Source: an uncultured Candidatus Saccharibacteria bacterium (lineage in GTDB: Bacteria; Patescibacteriota; Minisyncoccia; Phycocordibacterales; PALSA-1337). From it: 64,000 bases of DNA. The DNA is taken from the NCBI GenBank assembly GCA_964367745.1, contig CAYIYK010000003.1, positions 10,248-74,247 on the forward strand, given 5' to 3'. A model generated the notes under the pieces. That model was given only the letters and a program-made list of their open reading frames with translations, made no database searches and was not told the DNA's origin. Positions within the stretch are counted from its first letter, which is position 1; each line of letters begins with the position of its first letter. This document shows positions 49,677-59,302 of this stretch, piece after piece. The position numbers and the translations under genes were made by a program.

Positions 49677-50687
49677 CTATTTTATTATCTTAAAAAGCTT
49701 GTCTGACAAAATAGACAATGAATGCTTGTTTGAAAAATCACTTAGTCTAGACAAAATATCCAATCGCTCTTTTTCAGAATAATTCATAACTCTCTCAATT
49801 TTATTTTTTAATTCATCTGTATCCCCTTGTTTAAAAATCAAATCATCACTTATTTCTCCTCTCAAATTATCATTTGAAGCAATAACAATACAACCACAAG
49901 CCATAGCCTCAAATATTGTCTTATCATACATTCCACTTGAAGATAGATTTATAAAAATTTCGTATTTAGAATATAGATCTATAGTTTCAATATTTGGAAC
50001 TCCTTTATGAAATTCTATTAATCCAGAAGATTTATTTTTTAATTCTTCATAATAAATTTTATCTTTTTCGATTGGATCACCGTAGACTGCAACTTTGATA
50101 CTTGGATCATTTATTTTATTTATTACATCTACTAAAACATGAATATTTTTTGAAGGTGATATTCTACCTATAGACAATATAGATTTTCCTAATCTAGTTA
50201 TATTTTTATTCGGTTTAAAGTTTTCTAAATCTACACCTACTGGCATTATTTCAGTCTTTCTGTATTTTGCTGTATATGAAAACTTAGATGTGCAAAACAC
50301 CTTTTTACAGAACATTGAAGCTATATCAGTAAGCATTGAACCTGAATGATGATTCCTCCACATGTATATATTCTTATTCATGATCTTCCACATAACTCCA
50401 GCGAGTAAGATATACTCTTGGTTCATATGAACAAAAACACTGTTGTATTCATTTCTCAATCGCCAAATATATTTATAAAAATTTAAAATATATTTTATCT
50501 TTGATTCCCCTTTTTCTTTACCCAAAGAAAATACTCTAACATTTTTAGGTAAATCGTATTCGCCTTTATAAAGACATATTACATTTACACTTTCATAGTT
50601 TTCTGAGAAAACTCTTACCCAATTATGAAAAAAGCCTAGTACAGGATCATTTTTATCAATCTTTTGAGTTATGATTAATAATTTCAT
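49677..50687 (-). CDS. Glycosyltransferase (GT4-like, GT-B)
   Basis: 336 aa. The C-terminal half matches Glycos_transf_1 (EAMACGCIVIAS). Confidence 0.6.
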   Translation of the reverse strand: MKLLIITQKIDKNDPVLGFFHNWVRVFSENYESVNVICLYKGEYDLPKNVRVFSLGKEKGESKIKYILNFYKYIWRLRNEYNSVFVHMNQEYILLAGVMWKIMNKNIYMWRNHHSGSMLTDIASMFCKKVFCTSKFSYTAKYRKTEIMPVGVDLENFKPNKNITRLGKSILSIGRISPSKNIHVLVDVINKINDPSIKVAVYGDPIEKDKIYYEELKNKSSGLIEFHKGVPNIETIDLYSKYEIFINLSSSGMYDKTIFEAMACGCIVIASNDNLRGEISDDLIFKQGDTDELKNKIERVMNYSEKERLDILSRLSDFSNKHSLSILSDKLFKIIK

Positions 50688-51775
50688 TTAATTTTATCTA
50701 TAATCTTTGAAGCTATATCTTCGCTTGTCCAATCGACAATACTTGCTCCTACATCCTTTGCGATACCTACGTCAGTTGAGATTATTTTGCAATTATTCGC
50801 TTCAGCTTCTTTGAATGTAAGACCGTAACCTTCATACCATGAACAAACTAGAAATACATCGCAACCTTTATAGTATGAGGTGAGATCAGTCTGCCACCCT
50901 TCAAATACAATATTTGATGAAATCTTCAGAATTTCAGATTTTCTTTTAAGATAATCCTGCATTGTTCCAGAACCGACAATCACGAGTCCTGTATCTGGTT
51001 TTTTAGCCAGAACAATCTTCATCGCATCTATAGCCATTGAGAAATTCTTTTCAGCTTCTATTCTTGAAACCATAAGAATGATATTTTTAAATTGAGGGAA
51101 TTTTTCTTTTAAAATAAAAGATGTTTTATCATTCTTTATATAATCAATATTTATATCTATAGGTTTTACTATTATATCTTCTGGATTAAATCCCCTTTTA
51201 GCTAGTGAATCTGCAATTTTATTTGATACTACTCTTATGATATTTGCATGATTTAAAGTAAAACGAGATATAAAAAGTCTTATTCTATTTAAAATAGAAT
51301 TCAAAATACCGATTCTTGCATCGACGAAATACGGACTATGCAGATCGGTATGTATTTGTATCAACAATTCAGAATTCTTTCTTTTACTATTTAGACATTT
51401 CCCCACCAAAGCGGTTTCAAAAGGATCTTGGCAAGTTATAAGTATTGGTATTTCTGAGTTTATTTCATTAATAATTTTTACACCGATCTTTCTCGCATCG
51501 CTTACATAGTTCCATCTTACAAATGATTTCGTAGAATAGATTTTGCAGTTTTTTGCTATTTCTTCATCATTAACTTTTGAATCTGAAAAGACAATAATAT
51601 GTAATTCTTTATATTGCTTTGAATATTCAAGCATTCTTCTTCTAACAGCACTTTTCTCTACAAGTATTTGTCTATCAGTTGAAATCATTATCACAGAATG
51701 ATTGGAATAATCTTTATATGTTGTTTTATAAACATTATTTGATTCTTTCATAAATCGAAATGATTTCATTCCCAA
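50684..51775 (-). CDS. Glycosyltransferase family 4
   Basis: 363 aa containing the EGYGLTFKEAEANNCKIISTDVG motif (the E-x7-E region). Confidence 0.65.
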   Translation of the reverse strand: MGMKSFRFMKESNNVYKTTYKDYSNHSVIMISTDRQILVEKSAVRRRMLEYSKQYKELHIIVFSDSKVNDEEIAKNCKIYSTKSFVRWNYVSDARKIGVKIINEINSEIPILITCQDPFETALVGKCLNSKRKNSELLIQIHTDLHSPYFVDARIGILNSILNRIRLFISRFTLNHANIIRVVSNKIADSLAKRGFNPEDIIVKPIDINIDYIKNDKTSFILKEKFPQFKNIILMVSRIEAEKNFSMAIDAMKIVLAKKPDTGLVIVGSGTMQDYLKRKSEILKISSNIVFEGWQTDLTSYYKGCDVFLVCSWYEGYGLTFKEAEANNCKIISTDVGIAKDVGASIVDWTSEDIASKIIDKIK

Positions 51776-52757
51776 TATTCTCCCAACTATGAACCCAATT
51801 AAACTTCTTTACCTTATCTGCTTGTATTTTTCTATTCTTAGGGTCAGATATCCAGACAATCTTTTCGACTATATCATTTTTATTCATTGGATCTATAAAA
51901 ATCGCGCAATCTTTTACTCTATCTGATATACCATTCTCTTTTGTAAGAATAAAAGGAGTACCAACTCTTATGGCGTCAAAAATCATATTTGGACTTATAT
52001 CGCCAATCGAATTTAAAATCACCGCATAAGATCGTCTCATTCTCTCTTGGAAATTATCATAGACTGCTTTTGTAGTATCGAATTCTATATCTTCAAAACC
52101 TTTTTCTTTGACTTTATCCTGAGCAATTTTAAATGAACTCTTTAACAATTCTAGATTCTTCCACTTCAATTCTCTTGTACCAGCAACAAAAACTCTATTC
52201 TCTGGCTCTATTTGTTCATCTCTTTCTCCACAGAAATTCTCAACGATCATATTCTTTTCTGAATCAAGTTTATATACTTTTTCAAAAATATCTCTTTGCC
52301 ATTTTGTACTAAATATTATTGCTGAAGCATTCCTCATAGAATCACCTCCAACTTTAAATATTACTTTTTCTTTTTTAGATAGCTTATTAAGTGATGTATT
52401 ATAGAAATTTTTAAATAAAACCAAGTCTCCTGTTCTTTCAACATAATTTTCCCATAAGAAATCTCCTCCAGTTCTTATGATGTATTTTTTCCTCATAAGC
52501 TTGCAGGCATACATAGTAGGTACTGCTGCACTCCATGTATCAAGTACGAGTATCAAATCCGCATTCCATCCTTTTCTAAAAATCTTTAGAAAAAATAAAA
52601 AGTGTCTGAGGAATTTTGGGAATGCTCTCTCCCAACGATATGCAGCAACTTTTACATCATGACCCTGCTTTTTCCAGGTTTCATAAAGATTTCTAGCATA
52701 TTGAGCTGGACCACCAATATCTGGTGGATATATTCCTGATGAGATTAGAATTTTCAT
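51735..52757 (-). CDS. Glycosyltransferase family 4
   Basis: 340 aa. The N-terminus MKILISSGIYPPDIGGPAQYARNL matches Glyco_trans_4. Confidence 0.65.
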   Translation of the reverse strand: MKILISSGIYPPDIGGPAQYARNLYETWKKQGHDVKVAAYRWERAFPKFLRHFLFFLKIFRKGWNADLILVLDTWSAAVPTMYACKLMRKKYIIRTGGDFLWENYVERTGDLVLFKNFYNTSLNKLSKKEKVIFKVGGDSMRNASAIIFSTKWQRDIFEKVYKLDSEKNMIVENFCGERDEQIEPENRVFVAGTRELKWKNLELLKSSFKIAQDKVKEKGFEDIEFDTTKAVYDNFQERMRRSYAVILNSIGDISPNMIFDAIRVGTPFILTKENGISDRVKDCAIFIDPMNKNDIVEKIVWISDPKNRKIQADKVKKFNWVHSWENIGNEIISIYERIK

Positions 52758-53944
52758 ATTACCTTTAAGAATACCTTATTCTTCATATCACTTGCAATGA
52801 GGTTCCATTGATACTTTCTTTCTACCATATCCAAAGCATTTTTGACTATTTTCTCTTTTAAACTCTTATCATTTAAAAGCATTTCAACTTTCCAAGCTAT
52901 GCTCTTTGGATTTTTTACTTCACACAAAAGGCCTGTTTCTCCATCTTTAAGAAAATCTACTATTCCTCCAACCGGTGTTGCTATAACAGGAATTCCAGCA
53001 GCCATCGCTTCTATATATGAATTACCAAAACCTTCAGACAAAGATGGTCTTATGAAAATATCTGATACATGGAGATATTTTGGCATATCTACATGTTTAA
53101 CAAAACCTAAGAAGATCACTCTGTTATCGAGATTTAATCTCTTAGTTCTTTGCTTTAGCATTTCTTCTTCATGACCTGTACCCAAGACAAGGAATTTAAC
53201 ATTTTCTGGTAGATATGTTAGAGAATCAATGATATCTATAGTTGCATTTTTCTCAACCAATCTACTTGTAGTTACAATAAAAATATCTTTATCTTTTTTA
53301 TTCAGACTCTTTTTTAAATCATTAAATTCATTTTCATTTTTTCTATTTGAAAATAGAGAAAAATTCACGCCATTTGGTACAACAACAATCGGTGAACTTG
53401 CTCCCATATTTTTTGACCAGGTTGATAGGAAATTTGATATTACTTGAACAATATCCGCCTTTCTAAAAATCCTCATGAAAGATGATTTGAATATTCCTTG
53501 GCGAATCTTGAAGTTATCACCTTCTTGTATTGAAAGTACAAATGGAATATTTGGATTGAATATTTTAAATAAATAACCAGCAAAACCAGCATAACTTGCC
53601 ATCATTGACCATACTAAATCGTATTTATTTTTTCTATTTAGTTGTAGTGCCTTTATAAAAGCAAAAACTGGAAAAGTTAGTTTTGATAATGGGAATATCT
53701 TTGAACTTTTTGTATTACTACCAAACCAAGGCATACCAGCTCTATATACATTTATATTCCCTATTCTTTCAAATTTAGGAGCCTGTTTTCTTAAGGTTAT
53801 CATATCGAATTCCATATCAGACGGAAGGATACGATCAGTAATTTCTTTAATCGCTATTTCTGCCCCACCTATGAATCTTGGATAGTAAACTAGCGAAAAA
53901 ATGAGTATTTTCTTACTTTTTTGTTCATTTTTTACTTGTTCCAT
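52754..53944 (-). CDS. Glycosyltransferase family 4
   Basis: 396 aa containing the GT4 signature EGFGNSYIEAMAAGIPVIATPVGG. Confidence 0.7.
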   Translation of the reverse strand: MEQVKNEQKSKKILIFSLVYYPRFIGGAEIAIKEITDRILPSDMEFDMITLRKQAPKFERIGNINVYRAGMPWFGSNTKSSKIFPLSKLTFPVFAFIKALQLNRKNKYDLVWSMMASYAGFAGYLFKIFNPNIPFVLSIQEGDNFKIRQGIFKSSFMRIFRKADIVQVISNFLSTWSKNMGASSPIVVVPNGVNFSLFSNRKNENEFNDLKKSLNKKDKDIFIVTTSRLVEKNATIDIIDSLTYLPENVKFLVLGTGHEEEMLKQRTKRLNLDNRVIFLGFVKHVDMPKYLHVSDIFIRPSLSEGFGNSYIEAMAAGIPVIATPVGGIVDFLKDGETGLLCEVKNPKSIAWKVEMLLNDKSLKEKIVKNALDMVERKYQWNLIASDMKNKVFLKVI

Positions 53945-53948
53945 TTTA

Positions 53949-55823
53949 TTACTTTACCTTAAGTACATCACGAAGTACATCTTCAGGAACCTCTCTTTTT
54001 GTGTCACTTTTTTCGTGATGATTAGCATGACTTTTATGTATTTCATTTGGTTTATGGTCACTTGAAGTATTTTGATGATTCGAATGATTTGAACCATCTG
54101 AATCTTTTTTTACATGCTCGTCCTTATGTGCCAAAACTGATGCCAAAGCACTCTTTAATTCATTTATTCTTTGTGGATGTGCATCTTTATGATGATTATG
54201 AGCCTTAGGTGTATTTGTTAGAGAATTCAGAGATACAGACTTTAACTTAGGAAGATTTGGTTGGGGTTTTGGATAATTTGATTGTTGCACATGATTTTGG
54301 ACACTTGGCTGTACAGGTGCTTGGACTGATTGTTGAGGTGGTTGCTGAATAGGCTGTTCTGCGACAATTGGCTTTGGTGGAGGTGGAGGTATATGTGCAG
54401 GTGCAGGTGTGGGTGCAACTGTAGCTACTGGTTTGGGCGGTTGTGTATTTGTTGCAGGAGTACTAGAACCATTCTGAGTAGAATTCGAAGCGGTAGATGC
54501 ACCGGGCGTAGGATTCTTTGGAGTTACAACAGGCTTTATTGGTGCAAGCCATTCTTCGATTTTCTTTTCTACTTCTGGTCTCTTACTAGCAAACTGTCTT
54601 CTTGATTCTTCAATCACAGCAAGAGCATTGGACTTCTCTGGTAAAGGAATGGGTGGCAATGTTGTAGCAGAAAATGGTGATGAACTTATACCATCAATCA
54701 TCAGTTTCAAATATATTTGAAATATTCCGAGATTAACAATATCTTCAGCGGTGAACTGTGGTGCGAATTCTTTTTCCAAAACTTCTGCATCATAAGCGCC
54801 AACACGGAACACGATCATTGTTCCAACGTTTCCAAAAACCGCAGCTCTAACCTCTTCTTCCATTTGCTCTATATACTGGTGAGCCATAGTAAGATTCAGT
54901 TTATATTTTCGAGCTTCAGAGAGAATATCTGCAAAAGATTCATTTGCAAATGATTGGAATTCGTCTACGAATAGATAGAAGTTTGGAAGTTTTTTTATAA
55001 CATTATCTGACACATCAGCACGAGAAAGTGCAGCGAGATATATCTTGGTTATTATCATTCCACCCAAAAGATTTGCATTCGATTCTCCGATTCTTCCTTT
55101 TGATAAGTTAACTATAAATATCTTACTCTTATCCATCATTTCACGGAGATTGAAAGATGATTTTGGTTGACCGATCATATTTCGTATCAGAGCATTCGCA
55201 GTGAACTGACCGATTTTATTTTGTATTGCAGGAACAGCTTCGGCAGCCATTCTTTCTGTATAGTTTGCAAATTCTTGTACCCAGAATGATTTTACTGATG
55301 GATCAGTAACACAGGCCACTACTTGCTTCCTGAATTCTTTATCAGAAAGCATTCTATTTACCCCAAGCAGGGTTGCGTCAGGATATTCAAGTAAAGCCAA
55401 AAGAGTATTTGTAAGAATATACTCCATTCTCGCTGACCAAGCATCTTGCCAGATCTTTTTGAATGTACTCATAAGACCAGATACAACTAGATGTCTTTTG
55501 TCATGATCAACGTTTTCAAGTACGTTGAATGATATAGGATAGTCCATATCAAAAGGTGCAAAATACACAACGTCTTGTCTTCTATTCTCAGGAATATATT
55601 CTAGTAGCAATTCCGCTGTCTTACCGTGAGGGTCGAGGAAGGCCATACCTTCCCCATTTTTTATATCTTGCACAGCCATGTTTTCAAGTAGAGTAGATTT
55701 ACCCATACCTGTCTTACCGATCACATAAACGTGCTTTGTTCTATCTTTGGCTTTAATACCAAAACTTACCTTTTTATTTCTGGCATCAGTTTGACCAAAA
55801 TATGTAATCTTTTCTTCATTCAT
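53949..55823 (-). CDS. Soluble VirD4/TraD/TraG-like (type IV coupling-protein-like) P-loop ATPase with Pro/Gln/His-rich low-complexity C-terminal tail
   Basis: 624 aa. Walker A is HVYVIGKTGMGKSTLLENM, followed by the FLDPHGK block. Walker B is FYLFVDEFQSF. The ARKYKLNLTMAHQYIEQM block resembles the T4CP/TrwB region. No N-terminal TM segment is present. The last roughly 200 aa are low complexity. Confidence 0.55.
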   Translation of the reverse strand: MNEEKITYFGQTDARNKKVSFGIKAKDRTKHVYVIGKTGMGKSTLLENMAVQDIKNGEGMAFLDPHGKTAELLLEYIPENRRQDVVYFAPFDMDYPISFNVLENVDHDKRHLVVSGLMSTFKKIWQDAWSARMEYILTNTLLALLEYPDATLLGVNRMLSDKEFRKQVVACVTDPSVKSFWVQEFANYTERMAAEAVPAIQNKIGQFTANALIRNMIGQPKSSFNLREMMDKSKIFIVNLSKGRIGESNANLLGGMIITKIYLAALSRADVSDNVIKKLPNFYLFVDEFQSFANESFADILSEARKYKLNLTMAHQYIEQMEEEVRAAVFGNVGTMIVFRVGAYDAEVLEKEFAPQFTAEDIVNLGIFQIYLKLMIDGISSSPFSATTLPPIPLPEKSNALAVIEESRRQFASKRPEVEKKIEEWLAPIKPVVTPKNPTPGASTASNSTQNGSSTPATNTQPPKPVATVAPTPAPAHIPPPPPKPIVAEQPIQQPPQQSVQAPVQPSVQNHVQQSNYPKPQPNLPKLKSVSLNSLTNTPKAHNHHKDAHPQRINELKSALASVLAHKDEHVKKDSDGSNHSNHQNTSSDHKPNEIHKSHANHHEKSDTKREVPEDVLRDVLKVK

Positions 55824-55875
55824 ATGGAGTTCTATATGTTTAATATTTTACCATGGTTTTTTATATTAAGTATAG

Positions 55876-57444
55876 TTAATTATGACTGTATATTGTATAT
55901 AAATTATCACTATATACCCTCTTCAAATTTGAGTATTTTAATAAATCATTTCTATTATCCTGTATTACATATTGAATATCGTATTTTTCTAGATTTTTTA
56001 ATATCCTTTCTTGTGTGTTTGAACTCATAACATCATGAATTCTCTCTGGCTTTGATATCCACTGCCCCGCATATAATGTCCAAAAAACATAATTTCTTGA
56101 ATAAAGCGGTATATATTGTGAAAGAGATTCCGGTGCCATAAATATTGAATCTTTAGAATTCGACTTTATCCAATTAAGTATGGGGACATATCTTTGAACA
56201 TAAATAGTATAATCTAAAGAGTTTTTATATGAATTAATTTGAATCAAAATAGAATTAAAAATACAAAGAATAGACAGCAGGTATATTATTGCAATACAAA
56301 TTTTTGATTTTATATTGTCAGACAGAAATTCCTTTATAAAATAGACTATTGAGATAACCAAGACTGGACTGAATACATACATTTCGAAATGACCATATTG
56401 CATTATAAGTCCAGTTATAACATGTTCATTTCTAGTTAGAAAACAAGCAGATATTAGGCCTGAAATAAATATAAATTCATCATTAATAATTTTATTCTTC
56501 TTATAAACCAAAAAGAGCAGCGTAGAACAGACTATAAAAATTGATATTCCAAACAAACTAACATCAGGAATATGACTCATTCTTAAATATTCATGTGGGA
56601 TGGTTAAATAGTACTCATGAGACATTAGATTCACAATCTGATAAAAGACTGGAATAGCCAATATTATACCTACTGATAAACTGACAACAAGACCCTTAAG
56701 TCTGTCAAATTCTTTTCTAAAAAAATAAATCCCAATAAAAACTAGATTTAACACAGTTAAATATGCATATGTAAAGAAATAAACATAGAATGACAAACCA
56801 AAGAAAATACCGAGGATGATATACCACAGTCTAGTATTCTTTTTAATTGCTAAATACAAAATATTTAAATATAAGAAAAAATACAAAGAACTGAATTGAG
56901 GATTAACAGGTCTAGAGAATATAAGGAATTGATCCTCATCAGTTACAAACCTAAACAGATTCAATAAATCATGAATATTTAACAGATCAACGAAATTCAA
57001 GAGATTATACCCAAGCACAATAAACAGTGACCCGAGTATAGATATGTGAATATTCCTAGTAATTCTATCGAGCAGCAAAAAAGACAGAAGGAAGATAATG
57101 ATCGGCAACACAAGTTCGTACAAAATCTTTAAATCCAGCGTATCTATACTTAATATGATACCTGGCAGTGCCAATATCATAGACGAAATAGATGAATCAA
57201 AGTGTGGGAAATTATAGCCATACTCTTTTATAAAAGGATTACAATTAAACGTACAACCCATGTATGCTCCTTGAATTTTATTCAGATATAGTGACTCTGC
57301 ATCGGTATTCATTATTGGTATACCACTAAAGTTAGTACTGTGAATAAATAAAATATTTGGCAATACATAAATAACACCGCAAACTAGAGAGATGATAAGG
57401 ATCGATAGAAATTTCTTAGAAAACATAAATAAATTATACATCAA
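55876..57444 (-). CDS. Hypothetical large polytopic membrane protein (about 12-14 TM) in the pilus operon
   Basis: 522 aa and very hydrophobic, with a hydrophilic roughly 120 aa C-terminal domain. No recognisable motif was found. It lies immediately downstream of the pilin gene on the same strand. Confidence 0.4.
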   Translation of the reverse strand: MMYNLFMFSKKFLSILIISLVCGVIYVLPNILFIHSTNFSGIPIMNTDAESLYLNKIQGAYMGCTFNCNPFIKEYGYNFPHFDSSISSMILALPGIILSIDTLDLKILYELVLPIIIFLLSFLLLDRITRNIHISILGSLFIVLGYNLLNFVDLLNIHDLLNLFRFVTDEDQFLIFSRPVNPQFSSLYFFLYLNILYLAIKKNTRLWYIILGIFFGLSFYVYFFTYAYLTVLNLVFIGIYFFRKEFDRLKGLVVSLSVGIILAIPVFYQIVNLMSHEYYLTIPHEYLRMSHIPDVSLFGISIFIVCSTLLFLVYKKNKIINDEFIFISGLISACFLTRNEHVITGLIMQYGHFEMYVFSPVLVISIVYFIKEFLSDNIKSKICIAIIYLLSILCIFNSILIQINSYKNSLDYTIYVQRYVPILNWIKSNSKDSIFMAPESLSQYIPLYSRNYVFWTLYAGQWISKPERIHDVMSSNTQERILKNLEKYDIQYVIQDNRNDLLKYSNLKRVYSDNLYTIYSHN

Positions 57445-57495
57445 AAAACACCCTATGGGTGTTTTTTGATGTAACCGTATTGTTACCAGATTGTA

Positions 57496-57975
57496 TTAAG
57501 ACGCAGGGCAAGCTGTAGCATTTATTGCAAGAACAGTTGTAACTTGTCTTGAAGCGCCTGTATTATCTACACACCATCCAACTGGTGTACCACTCACTGA
57601 AGCCTTCAGCGGAGCCCAGATAACCCATGTTGCTGATGCATCGTGACATTGTGCAGTGTTCCAAGTTGAAGCAGTTCCATCAGCAAATACCGCAGCTGTT
57701 CCTCCGAAAGCGGCTTGAGCAGCCATTACACTGTCTCCAATAACATTAGCACCTGTTAACGCACATACGGCATCATAAACATTAGTTCCATTATCATAGA
57801 ACAATTCTGCCTCAGCTCTAGCACCTGCTAGGTTTGACTTTATAGCTGTATCAGCTCCCTTTGAACGTGCTGTGTTTAGTGAAGCCAAAACAACTGATGA
57901 CAATATACCGATAATAGCGATAACTACAAGCAACTCAATCAATGTAAAACCTTTTTGCAAATATGATTTCTTCAT
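57496..57975 (-). CDS. pilA: Type IV pilin (prepilin with class III signal peptide)
   Basis: The N-terminus MKKSYLQKGFTLIELLVVIAIIGILSSVVLA has the canonical G/FTLIE cleavage and N-methylation motif with Glu+5. The hydrophobic alpha1 helix is followed by four Cys residues in the C-terminal domain. Confidence 0.85.
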   Translation of the reverse strand: MKKSYLQKGFTLIELLVVIAIIGILSSVVLASLNTARSKGADTAIKSNLAGARAEAELFYDNGTNVYDAVCALTGANVIGDSVMAAQAAFGGTAAVFADGTASTWNTAQCHDASATWVIWAPLKASVSGTPVGWCVDNTGASRQVTTVLAINATACPAS

Positions 57976-58085
57976 AACGAAATAATTAACTTAATAAATA
58001 AAACTAATAATTCAACTTATACACGTAAGTATATCAAACCTCAAAAAAATAGCGCAATATCGTATGGGGATAAGTAGTTGATAAC

Positions 58086-59294
58086 TTATTGAGCACTTGC
58101 AACGTTGTATATAGGTATAAGAACTGAAGCAAGCAGTGTAGCAACACCAAGTCCCAAAAGGACGATCATAGCGGGTTCAATAAGATCGACTAGTGCATCT
58201 ACAGCAGTTACTACTTCTCTAGAGTAAAATCTCGACAAAGTCTTCAATATTGCACCGAGTTCTCCTGATTCTTCTCCCACTCTCATCATTTGAATCATAA
58301 TTCCGGGGATTTCACCGTTACCTGAAAGTGCTTCTGATACCGTCTTTCCTGCTTTTACTGAATCTACAGCATCAGAAAGTATTTTTTTATAAATACTATT
58401 GTTTATAACAGATGAAGTTAGTTCTAGTGAACGAATCATTGGAATTCCTGACATAAGCATAGTATTCATATTGTCAGAAAGTCTTGCCCAATATAGTTTC
58501 CTAAAAAGATTACTCATATAAGGGATACTAAGTTTGAATTGATCAAAAACGATTGTGCCACTTGGAGTTCTTATATATCTAATTAAAATAAATCCAAGCA
58601 CCACAACGATCGCAACAACAATAAAGCCTTTTTCTACCAAGAAATTACTTATACCCAGAACAACTTTTGTATATATTGGAATATCTTGTCCAGACTCAGT
58701 CAAAATTGTACTGATCTTTGGAATAACCATAGTGAACATAAGTATCATCACGGTTATAAATGTCATCATAACGAAAGCTGGATATATAAGAGCACTCTTG
58801 GCTTTTGAAACAAGTTCATATGTTCTATCTAGATAGTCAGCAAGGTAAGCAAAAGTCTCATTTAGTTTACCTGACTCTTCTCCTGCTTTTACCATACTTA
58901 CATAAAATTCTGAGAATACCTTTGGATGTTTCTCTAGAGCGCTTGATATCTGACTTCCCGCTTGTAGATCATCGGCGATCTGGATTAGCTTTGTACCCAA
59001 AACTTTATTATCACATTCAGCGCCTAAGAGTCTAAAGATTCTCAGAGCCGAAACCTGTGCTTCAAAAAGTGTTGCTAGTTGTCTTGAAAGTATAACTATC
59101 TCTTTATTTGACACTCTATCAAGAAAAGATAGGTTCATTGAAAGAAGTCCTCCCTTTTTATCTGCTTCATTTATAGAAGTAATAACCAGGCCTCTTCTTT
59201 GCAAAGAAGCAATAGCAATATCGACATTCGCAGCATCTATAGAGCCTTTTTGTTGTGTTCCCGCTTGATCTACTGATTGATAATTAAATAACAT
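58086..59294 (-). CDS. pilC: Type IV pilus assembly platform protein PilC (GspF family)
   Basis: 402 aa with two T2SSF repeats and 3 TM segments. The layout is typical of PilC. Confidence 0.85.
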   Translation of the reverse strand: MLFNYQSVDQAGTQQKGSIDAANVDIAIASLQRRGLVITSINEADKKGGLLSMNLSFLDRVSNKEIVILSRQLATLFEAQVSALRIFRLLGAECDNKVLGTKLIQIADDLQAGSQISSALEKHPKVFSEFYVSMVKAGEESGKLNETFAYLADYLDRTYELVSKAKSALIYPAFVMMTFITVMILMFTMVIPKISTILTESGQDIPIYTKVVLGISNFLVEKGFIVVAIVVVLGFILIRYIRTPSGTIVFDQFKLSIPYMSNLFRKLYWARLSDNMNTMLMSGIPMIRSLELTSSVINNSIYKKILSDAVDSVKAGKTVSEALSGNGEIPGIMIQMMRVGEESGELGAILKTLSRFYSREVVTAVDALVDLIEPAMIVLLGLGVATLLASVLIPIYNVASAQ

Positions 59295-59302
59295 ATAAAA
59301 TA

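Noticed and set aside
57496-57975. Elevated GC of the pilin gene as a sign of horizontal transfer
   Set aside because: The GC rise is explained by the Ala/Gly/Thr-rich amino-acid composition typical of pilins. Flanking pilus genes have normal composition, unlike the methyltransferase island at 26.4-27.3 kb.
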